From an uncultured Acidobacteriota bacterium (GTDB lineage: Bacteria; Acidobacteriota; Thermoanaerobaculia; Multivoradales; UBA5704), in assembly GCA_963700145.1 (NCBI GenBank), contig OY969474.1:3488001-3552000 (forward strand): a stretch of 64,000 nt of DNA, read 5' to 3'. Position 1 is the stretch's first letter. Every line of letters begins with the position of its first letter. Of this stretch, positions 10,714 through 19,246 are shown piece after piece. The translations under genes and the position numbers were made by a program. The notes under the pieces were generated by a model that saw only the letters and a program-made list of their open reading frames with translations, searched no databases and was not told where the DNA came from.

Positions 10714-10749
10714 ATGATAACAGCGAAGGAGTTCAAACGCAAATGCGAC
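10714..10749 (-). promoter_or_regulatory. Putative sigma70 promoter for the Cys-rich peptide, with GTCGCATTTGCG overlapping the -35
   Basis: Minus strand TTGCGT-N17-TATCAT with an extended -10 TG. Confidence 0.5.
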
Positions 10750-10989
10750 GCCCTAGCGCGATGTTCGCGGTTCGTCGTGGCCCGGGCCAAGGCTTAGACC
10801 TGGGCCGTGGGCTTCCGAGCGTCGCGGGGGACGACGCCTCGGCCCGGCGATTGCCGGGTGCCCCGGCCGGCCGGTTTCGATGCCGCAGTTTTCCGTTGAC
10901 TGGAGCGGGAAGCAGCTGATAGCGTAAGTTCGGCGTAGGGGAGAATCGCAGAGCGCGTAAAGCCGGAGCCGAGTCTCGGGCCGAGAGGT

Positions 10990-11066
10990 GAAAGCGGGCA
11001 CGACAGAGTTGCAGCTCTGCCGCGCCCTCGACCAGACAGGAGGGTCTAGCTCCATGTCCAGCCGTG
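10990..11066 (-). ncRNA. Putative SymR-like antisense antitoxin RNA
   Basis: Antisense -10 TGcTACACT at 11073-11081. The RNA would cover the symE-like start and SD and end in the hairpin GGGCGCGGCAGAG-CTGCAA-CTCTGTCGTGCCC (10996-11027). Confidence 0.5.
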
Positions 11067-11422
11067 ACACGAAGTGTAGCAACCGCCGTCTGTCGGCCCA
11101 GGCCGGCCCCTTTTCCGGCCCCTACATCCCTTACCCCGATCCGTTTTCCGCCGAGGACCACCGGCTGCTCGAGCTCCACGAGCGGGCGGCGGAGACCGCT
11201 GCGCTCCACGAGGAGGCGCGGGGGGAGGAGCTGAGAGAGCGCCGCCGGCGGGCGCGGGCGGCGGGGCGGAGGGCCGGGACGGTGTCGGCGCGGTGGCAGC
11301 CGGCGGGGGCGGCGCCCTACTTGCGGCTCTCCGGGAGGTGGCTGCTGGCGGCCGGGTTCGAGATGGGGCGGGGAGTCGAAGTCGAGGTGCGCTCGGGGAA
11401 GCTGGTAATCCGGGCGGTTTGA
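11054..11422 (+). CDS. SymE family type I toxin
   Basis: C-terminal PYLRLSGRWLLAAGFEMGRGVEVEVRSGKLVI matches the SymE AbrB-fold signature; AGGAGG lies upstream. Confidence 0.8.
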   Translation: MSSRDTKCSNRRLSAQAGPFSGPYIPYPDPFSAEDHRLLELHERAAETAALHEEARGEELRERRRRARAAGRRAGTVSARWQPAGAAPYLRLSGRWLLAAGFEMGRGVEVEVRSGKLVIRAV

Positions 11423-11454
11423 GTCCCGCGCGGACGGGAAGGGTCGCCGCGAGA

Positions 11455-11840
11455 CCGGCGGCAGGCGCCGCGGGGCTGGCGGTGGACGCCTTTCGGACGG
11501 CGGCGGTCGCCTTTCGGACCGCGGCGCACGCCTTTCGGACGGCGGCGATCCCCGCGGGCTCGGCGGCAGGCGCCGCGGGGCTGGCGGTGGTCACCTTTCG
11601 GACGGCTGGCGGTCGCCTTTCGGACCGCGGCGTACGCCTTTCGGACCGCGGCGGTCGCCGCGGGCTTGGCGGCGAGCGCCGCAGGGCCGGCGGCGGTCTG
11701 TTTTCGGACCAACGGGCAGGTTTTCGGACGGCGGCGGTCGCTTTTCGGACGGCGGCGCCCGCTTCGGGCTTGGCGGCGCGCCCCGCGGGAGCGGAAGGTG
11801 GTCCATTTTCGGACGGCGGCGGTAGATTTTCGGACCGCGG
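11455..11840. repeat. Degenerate tandem array of 21-nt units (core TTTCGGAC-[GC]-GCGGCGGTCGC) with interspersed GC blocks
   Basis: tttcggac recurs in runs at 21-nt spacing. cggcggcaggcgccgcggggctggcggtgg occurs twice (~11457 and ~11561). Confidence 0.85.
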
Positions 11841-11854
11841 ATGCTCCGGCGGCA

Positions 11855-12185
11855 CCCCGGGATATCGCCGGAGCGGCGGAAAACGTTTCCACGTCCTCTG
11901 AGGAGGTCACCGGAAGGCCTGAGGATGCTCCTCCGGGGCCCGAGGATGTCGTATCAGAGCCTGAGGATATCGCCGGAAGCGCTGAGGATATCGCCGGAAG
12001 CGCTGAGGATGTATCCGGAAGCGCCGAGGATCTATCCGGAACGCCTGAGGATGTATCCGGAAGCGCTGAGGATGTTGTAATGCCTGAGGATAGATCCGGA
12101 AGCGTTGAGGACTATCTGAAGCCGTGAGGATCTATCCGGAACGCCTGAGGATAGATCCTCAGCGCTCGCTCCCTTATCCTCAGGC
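11855..12185. repeat. Degenerate tandem array of 21-nt units (consensus CTGAGGATATCGCCGGAAGCG)
   Basis: gaggat recurs every 21 nt; the + frame reads heptads EDIAGSA/EDVSGSA. Confidence 0.85.
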
Positions 12186-12261
12186 GTTGCTACGGCATCT
12201 CCCGCCGCTCCGGGAACGTCCTGGAGCTCCGCTCCAACAACCGGCGGAGCTCAGGGGGTGT

Positions 12262-13356
12262 TCACAGGTCCCGAAGCTGCCGCTGGAGCGACTGGAGCAC
12301 CTCCCGGAGCAACGTGGCGTCGGCGGCCGGGGCGACGGCGAGACCCTCGAGCGCGAAGTCGGCCGCCGGCGCGGCCTCCGACGCCTCGGCCTGCGCCGCG
12401 ACGGCCTCCAGGCCGGCCAGCGTCGCCTGCTTGTCCTTCAGCACGGCGTCCGCGGCGTTCGGGTCGCCCGGATAGAGCGTTCGCAGCCCCTCGATGTCGC
12501 CGGGCGAGAGATCCTGGCCGTTGCCGTCCGGAGCGCAGCCGCTGTTCGGGGTCCGGTAGAAGAGAGGCGGGAACCGGTAGAGCATCACCGACCTGCGGTC
12601 GAACACGCCCTCGACCACGGCCGCCCCGCTGGTGGGCCGGAGGTTCTGGTCGACCTTGCTCTTCGACCAGAAGTTCTGCGCTCCCGAGAGATAGGTGTAG
12701 ATGCCCGGCCGCCGTCCGGCGGAGTCCGAGATGAAGACGCCGCTCGGGTTGCGCGTCGGGACGTAGCCGGGGTCGTCCTCGAACCGAAACGCCTCCTGAC
12801 AGGGTCCCCGCAGGTTGACGTGCTCGTGGTGGAACCCGAGCGCGTGGAGGAACTCGTGCCGCACTGTGCCGCGCCAGGCGCTCGGCAGCTCGATGTCGAA
12901 GCCGCCGAGATTCAGCGAGCGCTGCCCGGGGCGGCCGCCGACGGGCCCGTCGGGCATGCCGAGGTTGGGGGAAATCGAGTCGGTCCCGACGAGAGAGAAG
13001 AAGCCGCGCTGGTCGAAGCTCACCCGGATCTCCGCGGTGTAGTCGGTGTCCTCGACGCTCCACATCCTGTGGGTCCCCGCGGCTTCGTCGTGGCCGAAGT
13101 CGAGGGTCAGGTTGCACTCGTTGCCGATCTGCTGGGCCGCGTCGTGGATCTTTTCGTGAAGGTCGGTCGAGCCGCCCAGGAATGCCACGCGCACGGTGCT
13201 GCCCGGCAGCCAACGCCGCACGTTCTCGATGACGAACTCCAGCCCGCCGGCCGTGTTGCCCAGCGCCTGCAGGGCTCGATCGCGCGCCTCGAGGGTGGCC
13301 TGGACGTCGTCCGGCATAGCTTCCAGGACGATAGGTTCTTCCGGTTCCTCCGGCAT
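12262..13356 (-). CDS. Metzincin metallopeptidase (M12A/astacin-like)
   Basis: HEFLHALGFHHEH zinc motif, FDRRSVMLY Met-turn and LSPGD; SD TAAGGAGG upstream. Confidence 0.85.
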   Translation of the reverse strand: MPEEPEEPIVLEAMPDDVQATLEARDRALQALGNTAGGLEFVIENVRRWLPGSTVRVAFLGGSTDLHEKIHDAAQQIGNECNLTLDFGHDEAAGTHRMWSVEDTDYTAEIRVSFDQRGFFSLVGTDSISPNLGMPDGPVGGRPGQRSLNLGGFDIELPSAWRGTVRHEFLHALGFHHEHVNLRGPCQEAFRFEDDPGYVPTRNPSGVFISDSAGRRPGIYTYLSGAQNFWSKSKVDQNLRPTSGAAVVEGVFDRRSVMLYRFPPLFYRTPNSGCAPDGNGQDLSPGDIEGLRTLYPGDPNAADAVLKDKQATLAGLEAVAAQAEASEAAPAADFALEGLAVAPAADATLLREVLQSLQRQLRDL

Positions 13357-13543
13357 GTTACGACCTCCTTAAAGACGTCTGCGCCGCGCAGACGCCTCAG
13401 CCGGTGAGACGGACACGGGGTCGCGACTTCTCCCGGCGCTGGCGATCCGGGCGTTAGCCGCGGCCTAGTCGGGAAGGGTCACCGCGGGGCTCAGAGGATG
13501 CCAACCGCGATCGAGCCGAGGCCAAGGGCGAGACCGAGCAAGG

Positions 13544-14090
13544 TCAATGGACCTGCAGGATGGCTGCTACGTCTCCCAGGATGCGGGCTTTAAGCGCTTC
13601 ACCGGCGGCTTCCTGCGCCAGGGCAAAGGTGTAGCGCAACTTGACGAAATGGTCATTGATGCTCAGCACGTAGAGATAGGAGCGCTGCGGGACACCCTTT
13701 TGGTTGAACGCAAAGCTCGCTGCCATCGTGGGACGGCCACCAAGGACCAGGGAACTGTCGCTCAGATGGCGGACGTCTTGCCAGTGGGGCACAACAGCCA
13801 CATGGCGCTTAGCCCATTCAAACTGGGGTGGTGACGAGCTCCGGGCGGTTGTCGGGGATCTGCCGAAAGCCGCCCGTATAGACGAAGATGGACAAGACGA
13901 TGTCGTCGGCCTTGTAGGTAAGGCCGATGCCGAGAGCGGGATTGGGAAACTCCTCTGTCTTGGTGAGAGGCAAGCCGGCAAGCTCCGGCGGGAATGACAG
14001 GTGGCTGGGGCTGTGGCGGTAGCCAGCCGTTGCCGTGGAACAGCATGCGGCGGTCAACCACACGGCGACAAACGCTCGCATTGCCTTCAT
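13544..14090 (-). CDS. Hypothetical exported protein, one frameshift near 13825
   Basis: ORFs 13818-14090 and 13544-13981 join into one protein with a signal-like N-terminus. Confidence 0.55.
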
Positions 14091-14186
14091 TCAGGCACTC
14101 AATCCCTGGAGCTCACGGCGGCGACAACCGCCCGTGCAGTCTACGGCCATCGCCGTCGATCTCGCAAAAGAGAACCAGGTGGCGGT

Positions 14187-14676
14187 TTAAGCAGCGGGAG
14201 GGTAGCGACCGTGTGCTTGGACCCCGAGCGCCTCAAGCCAGGCTTGGTGACCTCGGTACATTCGGTTCGGCAAAAATCGCTTCTGGAGCCTCGCGAGGGA
14301 GCCGTGTTGCGCTTCCTCCGTCAGAACATGGCACCCTCGGGGTGTCTCGCGCAGAACCCACGCGTGGTAGGCATCGACTCCGAACGAGCGGGCATCCCAA
14401 GCGATGCGCTCCTTCGGAATGAATCCCACCACTTCAGATTCGATCGTGCCCCAAAGGTCTTCCATCTGAAGCGAGTTCCAGCTTCGAGGTCCGGCCCTGT
14501 TCCGTTACGAAACCGCACGTTGGCGGAATTGCAGTACCAGGTCGGCCAGAGCTTCGCTCGATCAGCCAAGCCCAAACATAGTCTACGGAAGTTGGTATGG
14601 ACTCATTCCGGACGTGAACAGGCGCGTTCGCTGGCGCGAAATAGTCTGGCCATCTGACACCGTCAACAGTCGTCAT
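14187..14676 (-). CDS. SRPBCC/polyketide cyclase-like protein, frameshifted
   Basis: Pieces APVHVRNE..VWAWL..WPTWYCNSANV..GTRFRWKTFG..AWDARSFGVDAYHAW..LTEEAQHG. Confidence 0.7.
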
Positions 14677-14818
14677 GAAGTGTCCCGTTTGAGCTGGGAA
14701 GGCCCTTCAGCGAGCCGCCTACTCCAAAGAGACGGACCAACCTGGGGTTTCACTCAAGCGCCTGTGCGGACCATCATCCCGTGATGGGCCTGTGAGTTTT
14801 TGACGGTGGCTGCGATCA

Positions 14819-15168
14819 TCATTTGATCTCCACGAAATACGTAACCAACCGCTTGATCTTGCCGCGTTGCATGACGAAGACGTCGCAAAACACTGCGCTC
14901 AGGAAGCCGCCGGCCCGTCTCTGGGAGCGCACCGAGCCTTCCGCGACGACGACATCGTCCTCTTCGGTCATTCGCGTGACGGTGATGGTCGGGCTGCCGA
15001 CGAACGCAGCGTTCTCGATTTCCTTGTCGAAGGCTTCCTTGCCAATCAAGTGGAGTACACGGGCATCTCCCATTCGATGTCATCAGTCAGGCAAGACAAG
15101 ATCAGCTCATGGTCGCTTCGCCTGAAGCCGTCCATGTACTTCTCCACCGTTCTTTTGTTCTCGGTCAT
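14819..15168 (-). CDS. NTF2/SnoaL-like protein, one frameshift
   Basis: MTENKRTVEKYMDGF..ILSCLTDDIEWE..EEDDVVVAEG..FCDVFVMQRGKIKRL. Confidence 0.75.
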
Positions 15169-15171
15169 GGG

Positions 15172-15585
15172 TCAAGGCGGATCGACCGAGTCCGCGGGCA
15201 CCATCGCGATATCGACGGGAGCGCCCGGGTTGTGGCTTCGGATGACGAATTCGTCGTCGTCGAGCGTCAGGATGTCGACGCGATACGGAATGGACTCCTC
15301 GACCATGACGAGGCCGTCTTCCGTTCGGACCAGGACCCGACCATGGGCTTGTTGCCCGGCGACGTGATCACGAGGGTGCCGTCCGAGAGGAATGCGTCGA
15401 GGGTGCCTCCGCGACCGCCGATGAGCGGGCGACCCGCCAGACGCGGTCGACAAAGCTGCCGGGCGCTCCGAAGCGCGGGGGGCCGGTGGCGCGACCGGAG
15501 GAGGAGGATCGGGCGGTCGAGAGCAAGCCAGGACGGCCAGTAGGCCGAGTGCCGTAACGAAGCGCCGGCTCGACCGGATCGTCAT
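15172..15585 (-). CDS. Hypothetical lipoprotein, frameshifted
   Basis: ATG 15585, lipobox-like LAVLAC and a Pro-rich linker. Confidence 0.55.
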   Translation of the reverse strand: MTIRSSRRFVTALGLLAVLACSRPPDPPPPVAPPAPRASERPAALSTASGGSPAHRRSRRHPRRIPLGRHPRDHVAGQQAHGRVLVRTEDGLVMVEESIPYRVDILTLDDDEFVIRSHNPGAPVDIAMVPADSVDPP

Positions 15586-15840
15586 GCCGCGGCGTCGGCG
15601 AACCTCCCGGCCTGGGAAGACCAGGACCCCCGGATGGCACTTGAGCGCTCGAGCAAGGACCTTGGCGCGCTCCACGCCGAGGCGGACGCGGTCGTTTTCG
15701 ATGGCCGAAATGGTGGCCTGGGAGATCCCGGTCAGCCGGGCCAGCTGGTTCTGGCTCAGCTCCTGAAGCTCCCGAATGATGCGCACCGACTCGCCGAAGG
15801 CGCCGTGAATTCGCTTCTTGGCAGGGGAGTACCTTTTCAT
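15582..15840 (-). CDS. XRE/HigA-like HTH protein (apparent orphan antitoxin)
   Basis: GESVRIIRELQELSQNQLARLTGISQATISAIENDRVRLGVERAKVLARAL. The likely true end ADAAA-stop is in a shifted frame overlapping the next ATG. Confidence 0.8.
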
Positions 15841-15897
15841 CCGAGCCTCCGGTAACCGTGAGCGATGGTAAGGGGCGACACACTCAGCGGTCTCTAT

Positions 15898-16228
15898 CTA
15901 AGTGCCGCGCCGTTCGGGGAGTAGCCGCAGGACGATCCTGACCCCCGTGCCGTCGGGGGACAGGGTGCCGGGGCGGACGCGGAAGCTGGTCGTCCCCTCC
16001 ACCCAGTCGCGCACGGTGTAGGTGGCGTTGCCTACCTTGCTGCCCGGGCAGGAGTAGAGGCAGACGACGCAGCCGGAGTGCCACTCGGGGAGGTTGGCCC
16101 AGTGGCCGCCGAAGCGCATGGCGAAGCCGCGGCGGCCGGGGGTCTTCGAGGACCTCGGCGAGCCCGTGCTCCGGCGCCCGGGAGCGCGGGTTCTCCCGCT
16201 CGTCCCACGTCTTCATCCCCAGCGCGCG
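15898..16228 (-). pseudogene. Displaced, internally deleted 3' half of the YdjY-like gene at 19247-19945
   Basis: WDERENPRSRAPEH..[gap]..LAEVLEDP..FAMRFGGHWANLPEWHSGCVVCLYSCPGSKVGNATYTVRDWVEGTT, nearly identical to the intact copy. Confidence 0.85.
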
Positions 16229-16254
16229 GCGATGCGGCCGCCGAGTGACGAGTC

Positions 16255-16902
16255 CTACCGGATGACGTTCAAGAGTTCGCGGGGCGAAGAGATAATCGCG
16301 TCGCAGGTCTCCAGACCTGGCCGAAGCCAAATGCCGCGCCCACGATGGCAAGGCCGGCAGCCCGCGCGGCTCGAACGTCCGCCTCTGTGTCACCAACGTA
16401 TACTGCCTCGCTAGCGGGAACAGCAAGGCGCTCGAGGGCCGAGGAGTAGGTCCGGCGCAGGTTTGTACCTAACGCCGTCGTCACCCGTAACGATTACCTC
16501 GAAGATACCAGAGTCCAGGCCAACAGTCCGCAGGAAGAGATGCGTTGTCGCCCGTCGCTTGTTCGTGGCCACCCCGAGCCTCTTTCCACGACTTCGGAGG
16601 TCAGCGAGGGTCTCTCTCATTCCCGGAAAAGCCTCAAGGCGCGAAACTCCACCTCCGTCGTACATTTTACGTCTGAAGGCGCTGCGGAATCGCTCGCCGA
16701 GCGAGGGGTCCGTGCCCACAGCGAGCATGGCTATCTCGTCAGCAGGCTTTCCGATCATGGCCAGTAGCTCTTCTCGAGGAGGGGGCTCCCTTCCGAGGTC
16801 CACCAGCGCTTGCCCGATAGCGTAGATATGGGCCTCCCCAGAATCCACCAACACGCCATCGACATCGAATAACACCGAACTTACTACACAGGGCAGTCCC
16901 AT
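16255..16902 (-). CDS. HAD-superfamily phosphatase (phosphoglycolate phosphatase-like), two apparent indels
   Basis: VLFDVDGVLVDS (motif I), GVATNK (II), KPAPD (III) and YVGDTEAD (IV). Reconstructed tail DAIISSPRELLNVIR-stop at 16255. Confidence 0.85.
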
Positions 16903-16952
16903 TATCGCCGCCTCGCGTTCACTATAGTTGCTTCCTTTGGGCGCCTTGAACT

Positions 16953-18824
16953 TTAATACCGCCCGCCGAAAGCACTGGGCATCAGGCCCAGTTCACGTAG
17001 CCCGTCCCCCACTTCCTGACCAACGTCGAACAAAAGACCCAGCGCGAGTCTTGCCTTGGATGAAGCGTGCCATTTTCCGGAGTACGAGACACCGTCATGC
17101 TCTCCAAGTTCTATCTCGTCAGTCGCCATGAGCTGTTGCAGAGACCCTATTCCCCAACTCGGGAGGAGATGAGGGGGGACCATTAGGTTCTCGGCCCGAT
17201 GTTCCGCCGAATTCCAACGGGCGTAGGCCTCATTGGCCGTGGCGTCAACCCACGTGATCGCGAGGAAATTGGCAGCAATACTACTCGCCTCGACAGCCAA
17301 GGCGAGAATGAATGTCCGCGATTCATCTAGGTCCAGGTCAAGCTCCTCTTTGGCGCCGCGCTGAAGGGCATGGAAGACACTTTTATCGCCGTTCGATTTG
17401 CGCCTTGGGTTCTCGTATGCCGAGTTGACGTGAGGAGCATTCGCCTGCTCTTCAAAGGAAGCTGATATCCGCCCAATCTGGTTGTCCACATTTGTCCGCC
17501 GGTTGAGAAGCACTTTGTTGTCAGAGGTAATGACTAAGCCGTGGTTGCCTATGTGGTGTGGAAACTGAACAGCATCCTGCAATGACGTCAGCTCGCGAAC
17601 CGAGTGCCAGAATTCGTCAGCCACTTGCGAATCCTCACCCAGTCTCGACTGTGTTCCATGAATCAAGGCCCACGTCGTAAGAGCTAGAGAGCAATTCAGA
17701 TTACCTCCAGTCTGCCTGAAGGCAAGGAGGCGGTACTTCGGACTGTCGCGGTGCCCCTTTTCGCGAAAGTTGCGGACCATGTCGCTTTCGAGGCGTTCGA
17801 GCAACGAGTTCGGCTGAGGAGTGAAGAACTCGGGAGTTGGCTGCCAGAGCACCTCTTCGTTTCGCCATCCCATCAGCCGAGATCGCGCCACACGACAAGT
17901 AAGAACTATAGTCTCGCCGATTGCCAAGTGTTGAAGATCCGGCGGAACAGTGGCGGCCGGGCGAAGCCCCGGAGCCTCTGGGTCAGGTACGGCTGTGCGA
18001 AGACCGCGAACCCGACTCCGGAGAGATTGCAGAAGCAAGGGAAGCTCAGCATGATCGCCATAGCGGATCGTCTGTATGTTGTATTCTTTCCAGAGTTCTT
18101 CCTCGCGCTCGGGACTCTCGGAGCCTTGAGGTGACGCGACCAGGGCGAAATGGGGTCGCGTGTGTCCCTCGAAGATTGCGGCAGCATACCTAAATTGCTC
18201 GAGAACGTAGGGGTCGGAGAGGCTGAAGCCGATAAAGAGAATGCTGTGCTGAAAGAGAATGCTCTGGTAGGCAATTTGATAGGCTTTCTCTCGATAGAGT
18301 CGTTCGTAGTCGTCGGAGGCCAAGCACCACGTCTCGGGGTTCTCGATCGTGCCGTGCAGCTTGAGGAGGAGTTTTTCGCCTTCACGGCGCTCGGCCCAGT
18401 ATGCCAAGCCAGCCGGTGTAGGAAGAAGTGTCTTAGCGTGCGGGGTGACGGCCGTCTCGAGGCACGTATCGATGTTCGATGTCATAACGAGAGGAGGCTC
18501 CAGTGCCCAGATGAGCTGCTGTCCCTCAAGAAGAGCTGCGGAAGGCTGGGGTGCCAGCTTGTCTTCCACAAAGCGCCTGTATCTGTTCAGGCCGAGTTCT
18601 TGCCTGGCTTCCTGGATAGCCTGAAGGTAATTCCCCTTTAGCTGATGTCCAAGAGCAAGGTGCCAGTTGAGTTGTTCAATCTTAAGCATGTCAATTAGAC
18701 CAGATAAGAACTGCTTCCAAGATGGGAAGCCCGCGGGTATTGAGATACCAGTGCCAACGAAGGGTATGCAGTGATGCTCCGAAAGCGCCCGCGTTAGCGT
18801 CCCAGGTATCTCGAAATCGGTCAT
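16953..18824 (-). CDS. SIR2-like (SIR2_2) domain protein fused to a C-terminal Nudix-like domain
   Basis: N-terminal FVGTGISIPAGFPSW, MTSNID, LKLHGT and LFIGFSLSDP. C-terminal GLVITSDNKVLLNRR and ALQRGAKEELDL (degenerate Nudix box). Visibly lower GC than the core genes. Confidence 0.8.
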   Translation of the reverse strand: MTDFEIPGTLTRALSEHHCIPFVGTGISIPAGFPSWKQFLSGLIDMLKIEQLNWHLALGHQLKGNYLQAIQEARQELGLNRYRRFVEDKLAPQPSAALLEGQQLIWALEPPLVMTSNIDTCLETAVTPHAKTLLPTPAGLAYWAERREGEKLLLKLHGTIENPETWCLASDDYERLYREKAYQIAYQSILFQHSILFIGFSLSDPYVLEQFRYAAAIFEGHTRPHFALVASPQGSESPEREEELWKEYNIQTIRYGDHAELPLLLQSLRSRVRGLRTAVPDPEAPGLRPAATVPPDLQHLAIGETIVLTCRVARSRLMGWRNEEVLWQPTPEFFTPQPNSLLERLESDMVRNFREKGHRDSPKYRLLAFRQTGGNLNCSLALTTWALIHGTQSRLGEDSQVADEFWHSVRELTSLQDAVQFPHHIGNHGLVITSDNKVLLNRRTNVDNQIGRISASFEEQANAPHVNSAYENPRRKSNGDKSVFHALQRGAKEELDLDLDESRTFILALAVEASSIAANFLAITWVDATANEAYARWNSAEHRAENLMVPPHLLPSWGIGSLQQLMATDEIELGEHDGVSYSGKWHASSKARLALGLLFDVGQEVGDGLRELGLMPSAFGGRY

Positions 18825-19101
18825 GTAGAGAGCCCCTTCTCGTTACAGAAGTGCGGAGTCGTAATGGAGGCCCCGGCCAAGGTACAGTCGGAGTGGAGCC
18901 GGGGAGCGCGATTCAGGCTCTCGCGTACCGGCTGCTACCTCTGCTGATTGATACAGCGCAAAGAACAAGGGCCAGGGGCGAGTTCGCAGTCCTAGCAATC
19001 GTTGGGCATGTGGGCTTGGTCGCCCGTGGTATGCAAGGCCGCCTGATGGCCTGCTCAGCTGGGCAGCATCCAACCGTCGGACTCTTCGTTTCTATACGTA
19101 G

Positions 19102-19137
19102 ACCATAGCAGGGCAGGAGCGGCTGCGCAAATGCGAC
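19102..19137 (-). promoter_or_regulatory. Putative sigma70 promoter for the SIR2-Nudix/HAD operon, with GTCGCATTTGCG overlapping the -35
   Basis: Minus strand TTGCGC-N17-TATGGT with an extended -10 TG. Confidence 0.5.
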
Positions 19138-19246
19138 CACGCCGTGCGTCGTGGGCGGATCTCGAGTTTACACGGTACCCGCTAGCCGGCGCCGGTTCCG
19201 CTGCGCGAGGGTGACAGACGCTTCGCCCTAGCGAGCAGCGGGCCGA

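Noticed and set aside
11878-11891. LacI-like site GGAAAACGTTTCCA similar to the operator at 59096
   Set aside because: It is embedded in a repeat array between convergent genes with no promoter context; probably chance.
11455-12185. Tandem arrays as a CRISPR array
   Set aside because: The period is 21 nt with degenerate units, there are no unique 30-40 nt spacers, and no cas genes are present.
13380-14820. Integron attC sites between the small island genes
   Set aside because: Only isolated fragments such as GGCTAAC near 13455; no paired RYYYAAC...GTTRRRY boxes and no integrase.
15172-15840. 222-aa HTH-lipoprotein fusion ORF
   Set aside because: An internal ATG with lipobox and an alternative-frame stop overlapping it indicate two genes joined by an indel.
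18825-19180. Retron msr-msd upstream of the SIR2 effector
   Set aside because: No reverse transcriptase in the window and no clear a1/a2 inverted repeat.
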